Shown in pieces: positions 1-7,931 of a stretch of DNA of 53,808 bases. Made by a program: the position numbers and the translations under genes. Position 1 is the stretch's first letter. Each line of letters opens with the position of its first letter. Below the pieces are notes generated by a model. The model was not told the DNA's origin. It worked only from the letters and a program-made list of their open reading frames with translations, and did no database searches. Origin of the DNA: a virus (taxonomy: Duplodnaviria > Caudoviricetes); the IMG/VR virus record IMGVR_UViG_3300027586_000011, positions 1-53,808 of that record; one strand, 5' to 3'.

Positions 1-2
1 CA

Positions 3-269
3 AATCCAATATACTCATGGCCTAAGTCTGCTTACCGATCTGGTGAATTCTTGGTTAAGATTGCAAATGGATCTAACACAGATATTTCAAAAATCCTTGT
101 GACACTTGATTCTTCAGACAATGTTGCTATTACAGAATACGGAATGGTCTCAACAGGATCATCTCTTGGATCAGTAACAGCAGATGTTTCTGGAAGCAAT
201 GTTCGTGTTATGGTTACAACAGCAAATAATACATCAACTATATCAGTTGTTGGTACCTTGCTTGCCTAA
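3..269 (+). CDS. C-terminal part of a probable tail fibre/virion appendage protein (5'-truncated by window edge)
   Basis: Frame is open from position 3 (NPIYSWPKSAYRSGEFLVKIANG...), so the track's TTG start at 51 is internal. Beta-rich S/T/V composition; lies next to other fibre-like genes. Confidence 0.55.
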   Translation, partial: NPIYSWPKSAYRSGEFLVKIANGSNTDISKILVTLDSSDNVAITEYGMVSTGSSLGSVTADVSGSNVRVMVTTANNTSTISVVGTLLA

Positions 270-304
270 TAAAAAATAAAAATAGTTGGAAGAGGGAGTA
301 ATAA

Positions 305-757
305 ATGGCAACAGTCGATAAAGACTTTAAGGTCAAGAATGGACTACAGGTCGCAGGATCTGGTAGTTTTGGAGGGACCTTAACAGTATCAACCCCAACA
401 GCGGATGCACATGCAGCAACAAAAGCGTATGTAGATTCTCTAACAGGGATGACTGTATCATCAACTGCTCCTTCTTCACCAACTAATGGCAAGCAGTGGC
501 TAGACACCACAACAAACAGAGTTAATTTCTATTACAATGGTTCTTGGTATACCCAAGCAACTATTGATGATACAAATAATCTTTCAGAGCACATTCACGA
601 TACCGCAATTGATGGAACAGGTTTCATTGTTTCGCAGTTCTATAATGCTGGAAGTTTTAATAGCCCATTGGGTGTAGGTTTGGATGCAGGTGGCCCCTCT
701 ACAACAGAGTGGACAGTTGTATTCGATGGCGGTAGTGCAGTAGATAATTTCAATTAA
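305..757 (+). CDS. Small virion/tail-fibre-associated protein
   Basis: 150 aa. PTADAHAATKAYVD and SSTAPSSPTNGKQWLDT motifs are typical of phage fibre proteins. SD-like GGGAG upstream. Confidence 0.55.
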   Translation: MATVDKDFKVKNGLQVAGSGSFGGTLTVSTPTADAHAATKAYVDSLTGMTVSSTAPSSPTNGKQWLDTTTNRVNFYYNGSWYTQATIDDTNNLSEHIHDTAIDGTGFIVSQFYNAGSFNSPLGVGLDAGGPSTTEWTVVFDGGSAVDNFN

Positions 758-765
758 TAAATTGA

Positions 766-774
766 TGTTATAAT
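766..774 (+). promoter_or_regulatory. Extended -10 promoter (TGTTATAAT)
   Basis: Exact TGnTATAAT in the intergenic gap; SD AAGGAG precedes ATG 815. Confidence 0.6.
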
Positions 775-814
775 GAGATAAGTAAATGGGCAGCCCCCAT
801 AAGGAGAAGATAAA

Positions 815-2479
815 ATGGCAACAAGAATGCAACAGCGCAGAGGAACTGCAGCACAATGGACTGCTGCAAACCCAGTTCTCGCAGCAGGAGAAATTGGATT
901 TGAGACAGACACTAACCAGTTCAAGATCGGCGATGGAGTCAATCTTTGGCAAGCCCTGTCTTACTTCAAGAACCTAGAAGACCTTGGTGGTTCTCTAGAT
1001 GATTATATTTTGGTAACAGCACGATCAGCAGCAAACGGTGTAGCACCACTAGATGCCCAAGGCGAAATCCCACTAGGCTTTATGGCTAAACTAGTTGATG
1101 GAGCAGATTCAAGCCTTAACACTCTAAGAGAACTTGGAGATTCAGTACAACTTAACACTGGTCACAGAAACTCATCAACAAATGTTCACGGAATTACAGA
1201 CACTGCAGCACTTACTACAACAACACTTCTTAATGCAGCAATTGCTACAGAAGTATCCAGTAGAGATGCAGCAGTATCAACACACAACGCTGATACAACA
1301 GGAGTACACGGAATTGCTGATACTTCAGCACTTGCATTAACTGCAACAGTTGCAACAGATATTTCTACAGCAGTTTCAACACACCAAGCAGATACAACTT
1401 CAGTTCACGGAATTGCAAACACTGCAAACCTAGCATTACTAACAGATGTTTCAGGTTCAGTGTCACTTCACAACTCAGATACAACAGATGTGCACGGAAT
1501 TCAAGATACATCAGCGTTAGCAACAAAAGAATACGCAGACACAGCAGTTTCAACACACCAAGCAGATACAACTTCAGTTCACGGAATTGCAAACACTGCT
1601 AATATAGCAATGCTTGCTGATGTTTCTAATCACTCAGATGATACAACATCAATTCACGGAATTTCTGACACAGCAAATCTAGCATACCTTTCAAACATTT
1701 CTGATCATAATTCAGATACTACAGATGTTCATGGTATTGCTGACACATCAGCACTTGCTACAACAGTAGCAACTGCTTCAGCAATTAGCACAGCAGTATC
1801 AAATCACACTGCAGTTACAACAAATGTACATGGTATTGCTGACACAGCACTCCTAGTCACAACAACTGGTACACAAACTCTAACAAATAAAACAATTACA
1901 TCACCTACAGGACTTGTAAAAGCAGATGTGGGACTTGGAAATGTTGATAATACAGCAGATACAGCAAAGCCAGTATCTACATCACAGGCTTCAGCAATCG
2001 CAACAGCAAAGGCAGAAGCAATCGCAGATGCAACATCACAGGTTAACGCACTACTAACTGGTGCACCAGCAGCCCTCAACACACTTGATGAACTTGCTGC
2101 AGCACTTGGCGATGATGAAAACTTTGCATCATCAGTAACAACTAGCCTTGGATTAAAGGTAGATTCTTTAACACCAATTTCACAAAAGACAGCATCATAC
2201 ACACTTTCATCATTAACTGAAAGAGATGACTTAATTGAGATGGGTTCAGCATCAGCGCTAGTTCTTACAATTCCAACAGATGCTACACTTAACTATCCAA
2301 TTGGAACTTCAATTGATATTCTCCAAACTGGAGCGGGACAAGTAACAATTGCCCCAGTATCAGGAACAGTTACAGTTAATGCTACACCTGGCTTAAAACT
2401 TCGTACAACTTGGTCATCTGCAACTCTCTTTAAGAGAGCAGCAAATACATGGGTTGTCTTCGGCGACTTGACAGCGTAA
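815..2479 (+). CDS. Tail fibre protein with Mtd-like (major tropism determinant) N-terminal domain and His-containing repeats
   Basis: N-terminus MQQRRGTAAQWTAANPVLAAGEIGFETDTNQFKIGDG matches the Mtd_N pattern. Also 8 copies of Hx7HGI, plus KADVGLGNVDNT and APAALNTLDELAAALG fibre motifs. Confidence 0.8.
   Translation: MATRMQQRRGTAAQWTAANPVLAAGEIGFETDTNQFKIGDGVNLWQALSYFKNLEDLGGSLDDYILVTARSAANGVAPLDAQGEIPLGFMAKLVDGADSSLNTLRELGDSVQLNTGHRNSSTNVHGITDTAALTTTTLLNAAIATEVSSRDAAVSTHNADTTGVHGIADTSALALTATVATDISTAVSTHQADTTSVHGIANTANLALLTDVSGSVSLHNSDTTDVHGIQDTSALATKEYADTAVSTHQADTTSVHGIANTANIAMLADVSNHSDDTTSIHGISDTANLAYLSNISDHNSDTTDVHGIADTSALATTVATASAISTAVSNHTAVTTNVHGIADTALLVTTTGTQTLTNKTITSPTGLVKADVGLGNVDNTADTAKPVSTSQASAIATAKAEAIADATSQVNALLTGAPAALNTLDELAAALGDDENFASSVTTSLGLKVDSLTPISQKTASYTLSSLTERDDLIEMGSASALVLTIPTDATLNYPIGTSIDILQTGAGQVTIAPVSGTVTVNATPGLKLRTTWSSATLFKRAANTWVVFGDLTA
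1367..1599 (+). repeat. 59-nt exact direct repeat (1367-1425 and 1541-1599) within tail-fibre repeats
   Basis: acagcagtttcaacacaccaagcagatacaacttcagttcacggaattgcaaacactgc occurs twice, in frame. Confidence 0.9.
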
Positions 2480-2512
2480 TAAAAATTCAATAAGAAATTA
2501 GGAGATTAAAAA

Positions 2513-3499
2513 ATGGCAGCAGGTAAAAGAATAGGTAAAAAGTCCCAGGCGTCAAATGACTTCTTGGAGCCATTAGCACCAACAGGTGTTACAGCAACAA
2601 ATGTTGGAACAGGAAGAGCATTTAATAATGGTGCAATTACTGTATCATTTTCTCTACCAGCACTTTCTCCTAATGCCACATCTTTTACAGCATCAGCATA
2701 CTGTAGCGTTCATGGTGTAACTCACACTGCAACAGGTGCATCTTCTCCATTAACTATTACTGGTTTTGGTTCTGGTGTTGCTACAACCGTTACAGTAACA
2801 GCAACTAACGCTGCAGGAACTTCAGCAGCATCCACTGCTTCATCATCGGTAACTGTCACAACGATTCCAGCAACCCCAGGTGCCCCATCTGCAGTAACAA
2901 ATGCTAATCTAGCATCTGATACAGTGTCTTGGACAGCACCAGCAACTGGTGGTTCTGCAATTACTGGATATACTTGGGCATCATCAGATTCAAAAACTGG
3001 AACAACAGCCTCAACATCTGCTGTTGTAGGACAAGAACAAGGAACTGCACAAACATATACAGTTTTTGCAACAAATGCTAATGGTAACTCATTAACATCA
3101 TCATCATCTGGATCTGTTACAACATTCTCGTTTACGCCATTTGCGTTTACGCCATTTTCATTTACACCTTATGCTTTTACTCCGTACTCATTTACGCCAT
3201 TTTCGTTTACTCCGTATGCGTTTACTCCGTATTCATTTACGCCATTTTCATTTACACCTTATGCGTTTACTCCGTACTCATTTACGCCATTTTCATTTAC
3301 ACCTTATGCGTTTACTCCGTACTCATTTGTACCATTTTCGTTTACTCCGTACTCATTTGTACCAGCCTATTCGTTCACACCGTATTCATTTACACCAGCA
3401 TATTCATTTACACCTTATGCGTTTACACCAGCAGGCGGATGTCGTGGTTCAAGACCATATCCATACTGCTTCTGCCAAGGCAGCATCTGGGCCTGCTAA
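2513..3499 (+). CDS. Fibronectin type III-domain protein with aromatic pentapeptide repeat tract and Cys-rich C-terminal peptide
   Basis: Two FN3-like units (APTGVTAT...TVTATNAAGTS; PGAP...VSWTAPATGGSAITGY...YTVFATNANGNS), then 20 x [FY][SA]F[TV]P, then AGGCRGSRPYPYCFCQGSIWAC. SD AGGAG upstream. Confidence 0.8.
   Translation: MAAGKRIGKKSQASNDFLEPLAPTGVTATNVGTGRAFNNGAITVSFSLPALSPNATSFTASAYCSVHGVTHTATGASSPLTITGFGSGVATTVTVTATNAAGTSAASTASSSVTVTTIPATPGAPSAVTNANLASDTVSWTAPATGGSAITGYTWASSDSKTGTTASTSAVVGQEQGTAQTYTVFATNANGNSLTSSSSGSVTTFSFTPFAFTPFSFTPYAFTPYSFTPFSFTPYAFTPYSFTPFSFTPYAFTPYSFTPFSFTPYAFTPYSFVPFSFTPYSFVPAYSFTPYSFTPAYSFTPYAFTPAGGCRGSRPYPYCFCQGSIWAC
3125..3430 (+). repeat. Coding tandem repeat, 15-nt unit x20 with 45-nt higher-order period
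   Basis: Units such as ttttcatttacacct / tatgcgtttactccg / tactcatttacgcca. Perfect 45-nt periodicity across 3233-3328; two single Ala insertions near the 3' end. Confidence 0.95.
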
Positions 3500-3503
3500 C
3501 TTC

Positions 3504-3512
3504 TGATATACT
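3504..3512 (+). promoter_or_regulatory. Extended -10 promoter (TGATATACT)
   Basis: TGnTATACT just after the stop of the FN3 gene; SD-like AGAGG before GTG 3541. Confidence 0.5.
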
Positions 3513-3540
3513 ATAAGTATAAACAGAAAGAGGCTAGTCA

Positions 3541-4257
3541 GTGGAAACAGAATATAACGAAAGTTCATATGCTTTTCTTGTAGAAAATGAAGTTTTTCAT
3601 ATTTTTCATGCAATTGCAGTAGAAGAATCTATTTCAAGCGGTTATAAAGAAGGATTTAATAATAATCCAATAGGAATAGACCTAGAATACTATCCCTTAG
3701 CCATGCGTGGTGATATTTGGACTGGATCAACATTTTCTTATAATCCAGAAGAGACTATTGTTGCATATGATGGAACATCTATGAATAGATCAAAAATGCC
3801 AGCGTTAGATACATCTCAATTTTCAAGATATGGTTTTATATCAAACAATAAATTATTTTTTGCTATGGTTTTTCCAAAGGGAACAGATCAAGAACTTATG
3901 TGGAAAAATGCATTTAAAACTGGAGCCAAAGCCCTAGATGTAACAGAATATAAAGATATTGAAGTAGGAGATAAACTAATAAACGATGCATTTGTTAAGG
4001 CAGACAACACTCAGGTTTTTAAAGATGGAACAAGCAGTTGGTCAAAATGGAAAAGTAATCTTGGAGATGCAAGACCATGGCATATGTTAAATCCAGGACA
4101 AAAAAAGGTAGATACAGAAACAGCAAAAACAAGAATGTCAATATGCCAGGCATGTCCAGAGTTAATCAAAGCAACAACAACATGCACTAAATGCGGATGT
4201 TTTATGAAACTTAAAACCAGACTTGAGGGCTCTTCTTGCCCTATAGGAAAGTGGTAA
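3541..4257 (+). CDS. Hypothetical protein: two tandem small domains plus C-terminal Cys-rich (DUF6171-like) metal-binding domain
   Basis: Internal duplication (YAFLVENEVF...GDIW / YGFISNNKLF...GDKL). C-terminus RMSICQACP...CTKCGCFM..K......CPIGKW. Confidence 0.6.
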   Translation: METEYNESSYAFLVENEVFHIFHAIAVEESISSGYKEGFNNNPIGIDLEYYPLAMRGDIWTGSTFSYNPEETIVAYDGTSMNRSKMPALDTSQFSRYGFISNNKLFFAMVFPKGTDQELMWKNAFKTGAKALDVTEYKDIEVGDKLINDAFVKADNTQVFKDGTSSWSKWKSNLGDARPWHMLNPGQKKVDTETAKTRMSICQACPELIKATTTCTKCGCFMKLKTRLEGSSCPIGKW

Positions 4258-4258
4258 A

Positions 4259-5050
4259 ATGAAACAGTTATATTTTTTACATATACCAAAAACTGCTGGT
4301 CAGTTTATAACAGAAGCAATAAGAGTTGCTTTAGAAAACAACAACATAAAAGATTATTTTATATACAATGGTGCTTTTGTCTCAGAAGAAAAGTTAAAAA
4401 CTTGTGTATACATAGGGTCGCACTTTGGAACCTATCCAATTGACATTATTCCTGAAATAGATACAGTTACAGTTTTAAGAGATCCAGTTGAAAGATCTGT
4501 TAGTCAATTTAATTTTTTATATGAAGAAAGATATAAAGACTTATACAAAGAAATTGATGGATACATATCCCGTCTTAGATTTTATCTTTTTGAAGATGAG
4601 AATGTAATTGGACTGAGAAATTATCAGGCTAGATTTTTGTGCAATGCTGCAGATAGCAGAAGGTTTGAATCAGAAGAAAATTTTAAATCAGTTCTAGAAG
4701 AATTAATTGTTCCGTTTGGACTTGGATTTCCAAATACTTGGTTTGTTGGAAATGAACTAACAAGTCTAAATCTTGCAAAATCTAAACTAGATAATATGTC
4801 AATAGTTGGAACTTCTGATAATCTTGATCCAGTTTTGGAAAAAATTAAGGTTTGGTTTCTAGAAAATTATGATGTAGAAATAAAATATTTACAAGACAGA
4901 ATTAACTCAAGCAGCATAACTGAAGATGGGGTAGAGTACACTACAGAAGATTGTGTTGCAATGCTTACAGAAGAAGAAATAAACACATTAAAACAATTAA
5001 ACAGCATAGATCAAGAGTTATACGAATATGCTAAAATTTTGTCAATGTGA
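4259..5050 (+). CDS. Sulfotransferase (Sulfotransfer_2-like)
   Basis: PAPS-binding motifs FLHIPKTAG (5'-PSB) and LRDPVERSVS (3'-PB); C-terminal LNSIDQELYEYA typical of the family. Confidence 0.8.
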   Translation: MKQLYFLHIPKTAGQFITEAIRVALENNNIKDYFIYNGAFVSEEKLKTCVYIGSHFGTYPIDIIPEIDTVTVLRDPVERSVSQFNFLYEERYKDLYKEIDGYISRLRFYLFEDENVIGLRNYQARFLCNAADSRRFESEENFKSVLEELIVPFGLGFPNTWFVGNELTSLNLAKSKLDNMSIVGTSDNLDPVLEKIKVWFLENYDVEIKYLQDRINSSSITEDGVEYTTEDCVAMLTEEEINTLKQLNSIDQELYEYAKILSM

Positions 5051-5056
5051 TATAAT
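5048..5056 (+). promoter_or_regulatory. Extended -10 promoter (TGATATAAT)
   Basis: Exact TGnTATAAT overlapping the preceding stop codon. Confidence 0.55.
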
Positions 5057-5078
5057 GTATTTATAAGAAAGGCACCAA

Positions 5079-5789
5079 ATGAACAATATTCAGTTTTTAT
5101 CATCTTTGCCAGAGTTTGCGTCTATCTTCCCATTACCAGAACCTGGACAAAAACTTGTTCCAGAATGGTATAGAAAACAACCAGGCCTTATTGATGACAA
5201 ATATGAAGGTGGTACTCTAAAACTTACAGTAAAAAAATGTCAACCATTTTTTGACGCAATGTCTATGGGCTATATTTTTAGGATGCCAGTAGATTTATAT
5301 ATTAATACAAAAAATGGAAAACTTGATTTTCAAATACCAAGAGAGTTTGAATCTCATCATGCCCACATAATCGCAAATCATTCAACAGAGCAAGTGTCTC
5401 ACTATCCAATAGATCTTAATGTTTATGTAAATCATATACTTAGAATACATCCTATGTGGATGGTAAAGACTCCACCAGGATACAGTACACTATTTACTAG
5501 TCCTGCACACCAACCACATATTCCAATCAAAGCAGTAGATGCTATAGTTGATACTGATAATTTCTTTTCAGATGGACATATATCTTTCTTTTTAGAAAAA
5601 GATTTTGAAGGTGTTATAAAGCAAGGAACTCCAATTATTCAGATTCTTCCTTTTAAAAGAGATGACTGGGAAATGACAGTTGATCCAAACCATGATCCAT
5701 TAATAACCGAAATTCAAAGAAAGGGAGTTAGATCTTCTTTTCAAAATGGTTATAGAATGAAGCATTGGGTTAAGAAAATATTTAAGTAA
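5079..5789 (+). CDS. Phage accessory protein of unknown function (possibly DUF6065-like, beta-rich)
   Basis: 236 aa. Motifs PEWYRK, TVKKCQPFFDAMSMGY, TPPGYSTLFTSP, AIVDTD and IKQGTPIIQILPFKR, a pattern I recognise from phage accessory clusters. Function not assignable. Confidence 0.5.
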   Translation: MNNIQFLSSLPEFASIFPLPEPGQKLVPEWYRKQPGLIDDKYEGGTLKLTVKKCQPFFDAMSMGYIFRMPVDLYINTKNGKLDFQIPREFESHHAHIIANHSTEQVSHYPIDLNVYVNHILRIHPMWMVKTPPGYSTLFTSPAHQPHIPIKAVDAIVDTDNFFSDGHISFFLEKDFEGVIKQGTPIIQILPFKRDDWEMTVDPNHDPLITEIQRKGVRSSFQNGYRMKHWVKKIFK

Positions 5790-5806
5790 ATCATTACTTT
5801 AGGGTG

Positions 5807-5839
5807 AGAGTTTTGGTTTTTATAAAACTCTGCTATACT
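5807..5839 (+). promoter_or_regulatory. Inverted repeat (AGAGTTTT-9nt-AAAACTCT) abutting extended -10 TGCTATACT of nrdJ
   Basis: Arms at 5807-5814 and 5824-5831; TGCTATACT at 5831-5839; SD GAAAGGA before ATG 5873. Confidence 0.5.
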
Positions 5840-5872
5840 TAAAACTATTCCGTTTTTGAAAGGACGATACAC

Positions 5873-7906
5873 ATGTCAGATTTTTTTAGTTTTAAACTTC
5901 CAGAGGACTTCGTAGAAAAATACAAGAACCAAGAAAGCCCATTTGGGTTTAAGGATGCAGCAGAAAATTCACTTGGAGAAATTACTTTTATTCGTACATA
6001 TTCTCGCATGAAGGAGGATGGAACTAAAGAAAGATGGCATGAGGTTTGTCGTCGTGTAATCGAGGGTATGTATTCAGTTCAGAAGAATCATGCTAAAGAA
6101 AACCGTTTGCCTTGGAATGACTACAAGGCACAGAAGTCTGCACAAGAAGCATTCCAAAGAATGTTTGAATTAAAGTGGACACCCCCAGGACGAGGTATGT
6201 GGGCATTCGGAACTCCTATGACTATGGAGAAGAAGAACTCAGCAGCACTACAAAATTGTGCAATGGTTTCTACAAAAGACCTTGATAAGAACGATCCAGG
6301 AGCCTTGTTTGCTTGGGTTATGGATGCTCTTATGCTTGGCATTGGTGTAGGGTTTGATACAGTAGGACAGGATAAGCATTTCTCAATCTATGCCCCGACA
6401 GAACCAGAACAGGTGTTCGAAATCCCAGACACTCGTGAAGGATGGGTAGAGTCAGTGCGAATCCTTATCAACTCATACCTTAGAGCAAACCAAAGCATTC
6501 AGAAGTTTAACTACGATTTAATTAGACCTCTTGGAGCCCCTATAAAGGGCTTTGGAGGCGTTGCATCAGGACCTGCACCTCTTATCAAGTTGCACAACCA
6601 TATAGACCGTGTAATAGGCTCTAGAGGCGGGGAAACACTAGACTCTCGTGCCATTGTAGACCTAGTAAACCTCATTGGTACCTGTGTGGTATCAGGCAAT
6701 GTTCGTAGATCAGCAACTCTTGCTTTGGGAAATGCGGGGGATGAAACATTTATGAATCTAAAGAACTCAGAACTATTCCCAGAGCGTAACTCTTTTGATC
6801 CAGATAATCCAGGTTGGGCTTGGATGTCTAATAATTCTATTTCAGCAGAGGTAGGAACAAAGTACGAAGACTATGTAGATTTAATTACAGAAAATGGAGA
6901 ACCAGGTTTTATCTGGCTTGATGTTGCTCGTAATTATGGCAGACTAAAGGATGCGCCAGATGGAAAAGACTATCGTGTGATGGGCTTTAATCCCTGTGCG
7001 GAGCAGCCATTAGAGTCATACGAATTATGTACACTTGTAGAAGTGCATTTGAATCGTCATGAATCTAAGGAAGACTTCCTGCGTACCCTGAAGTTTGCAT
7101 ACCTATATGGAAAGACTGTAACACTTGTTCCAACACACTGGCCACAAACAAACGGCATCATGCAACGCAACCGTCGCATTGGCACATCACTTACAGGTAT
7201 TGCATCATTTGCAGATCAAAAAGGTTTGCCAATAGTTCGTGAATGGATGGACGAAGGATACAACAAGATCCGCCACTACGACCACCAGTATTCAGAATGG
7301 CTATGTGTTCGTGAATCAATTCGTGTAACTACAGTTAAGCCATCAGGATCAGTCTCAATTCTTTCTGGTGCAACTCCTGGAGTTCACTGGGGTCCTGGAG
7401 GAAACTTCTTCCTTCGTGCAATTAGGTTTGGAAACACCGATCCAATGATACATTTGTTCAAAGCAGCGGGGTATACAATTGAAGACGATGTTGTATCAGC
7501 AAATACATCAGTTGTATATTTCCCAATTAAATCAGGTCATCCAAGATCTGAAAAAGATGTGACACTATTTGAAAAAATTGCACTTGCTGCAACTGCTCAA
7601 AAGTATTGGTCTGATAATGGAGTTTCTGTCACATTATCCTTTGATAAAGAAACAGAGTCAAAACATATTGTCCCAGCACTTAATATGTACGAAGGACAAC
7701 TAAAGGCTGTTTCGTTCCTACCAATGGGAAACACAGTTTATCCACAGCAACCATATACAGGTATTACTGAGGAACGGTATGAGTCATATATCGGGAAGTT
7801 GAAGCACATTGATTTTGCTGCAATTTACGACGGTGTGGATAATCTTGAGGCACAGGGTGAAGCCTATTGCACAACAGACTACTGCGAAATTAAAATAAAC
7901 AAGTAG
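5873..7906 (+). CDS. nrdJ: Class II (adenosylcobalamin-dependent) ribonucleotide reductase, monomeric RTPR type
   Basis: RTYSR, WTPPGRG, LQNC, GNVRRSA, GFNPCAEQ (radical Cys), ELCTLVE, TTVKPSG and C-terminal CTTDYC redox pair. No beta-subunit gene nearby; no intein evident. Confidence 0.92.
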   Translation: MSDFFSFKLPEDFVEKYKNQESPFGFKDAAENSLGEITFIRTYSRMKEDGTKERWHEVCRRVIEGMYSVQKNHAKENRLPWNDYKAQKSAQEAFQRMFELKWTPPGRGMWAFGTPMTMEKKNSAALQNCAMVSTKDLDKNDPGALFAWVMDALMLGIGVGFDTVGQDKHFSIYAPTEPEQVFEIPDTREGWVESVRILINSYLRANQSIQKFNYDLIRPLGAPIKGFGGVASGPAPLIKLHNHIDRVIGSRGGETLDSRAIVDLVNLIGTCVVSGNVRRSATLALGNAGDETFMNLKNSELFPERNSFDPDNPGWAWMSNNSISAEVGTKYEDYVDLITENGEPGFIWLDVARNYGRLKDAPDGKDYRVMGFNPCAEQPLESYELCTLVEVHLNRHESKEDFLRTLKFAYLYGKTVTLVPTHWPQTNGIMQRNRRIGTSLTGIASFADQKGLPIVREWMDEGYNKIRHYDHQYSEWLCVRESIRVTTVKPSGSVSILSGATPGVHWGPGGNFFLRAIRFGNTDPMIHLFKAAGYTIEDDVVSANTSVVYFPIKSGHPRSEKDVTLFEKIALAATAQKYWSDNGVSVTLSFDKETESKHIVPALNMYEGQLKAVSFLPMGNTVYPQQPYTGITEERYESYIGKLKHIDFAAIYDGVDNLEAQGEAYCTTDYCEIKINK

Positions 7907-7913
7907 CCTTCTG

Positions 7914-7922
7914 TGGTAAAAT
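7914..7922 (+). promoter_or_regulatory. Extended -10 promoter (TGGTAAAAT), near-leaderless
   Basis: ATG 7932 lies 9 nt downstream with no SD. Confidence 0.55.
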
Positions 7923-7931
7923 AGACTTATA

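Noticed and set aside
3125-3430. CRISPR array or DGR variable/template repeat
   Set aside because: Units are contiguous 15-mers with no unique spacers, vary at synonymous positions and stay in frame. No RT or cas operon is present.
3141-3506. 121-aa His/Leu/Arg-rich alternative-frame ORF
   Set aside because: Shadow of the stop-free tandem repeat; TTG start without SD. Codon variation is synonymous in the FN3 frame.
4252-4260. TGGTAAAAT as promoter for the sulfotransferase
   Set aside because: It is formed by the Trp-stop codons of the upstream gene and overlaps the ATG itself, so it cannot produce that mRNA.
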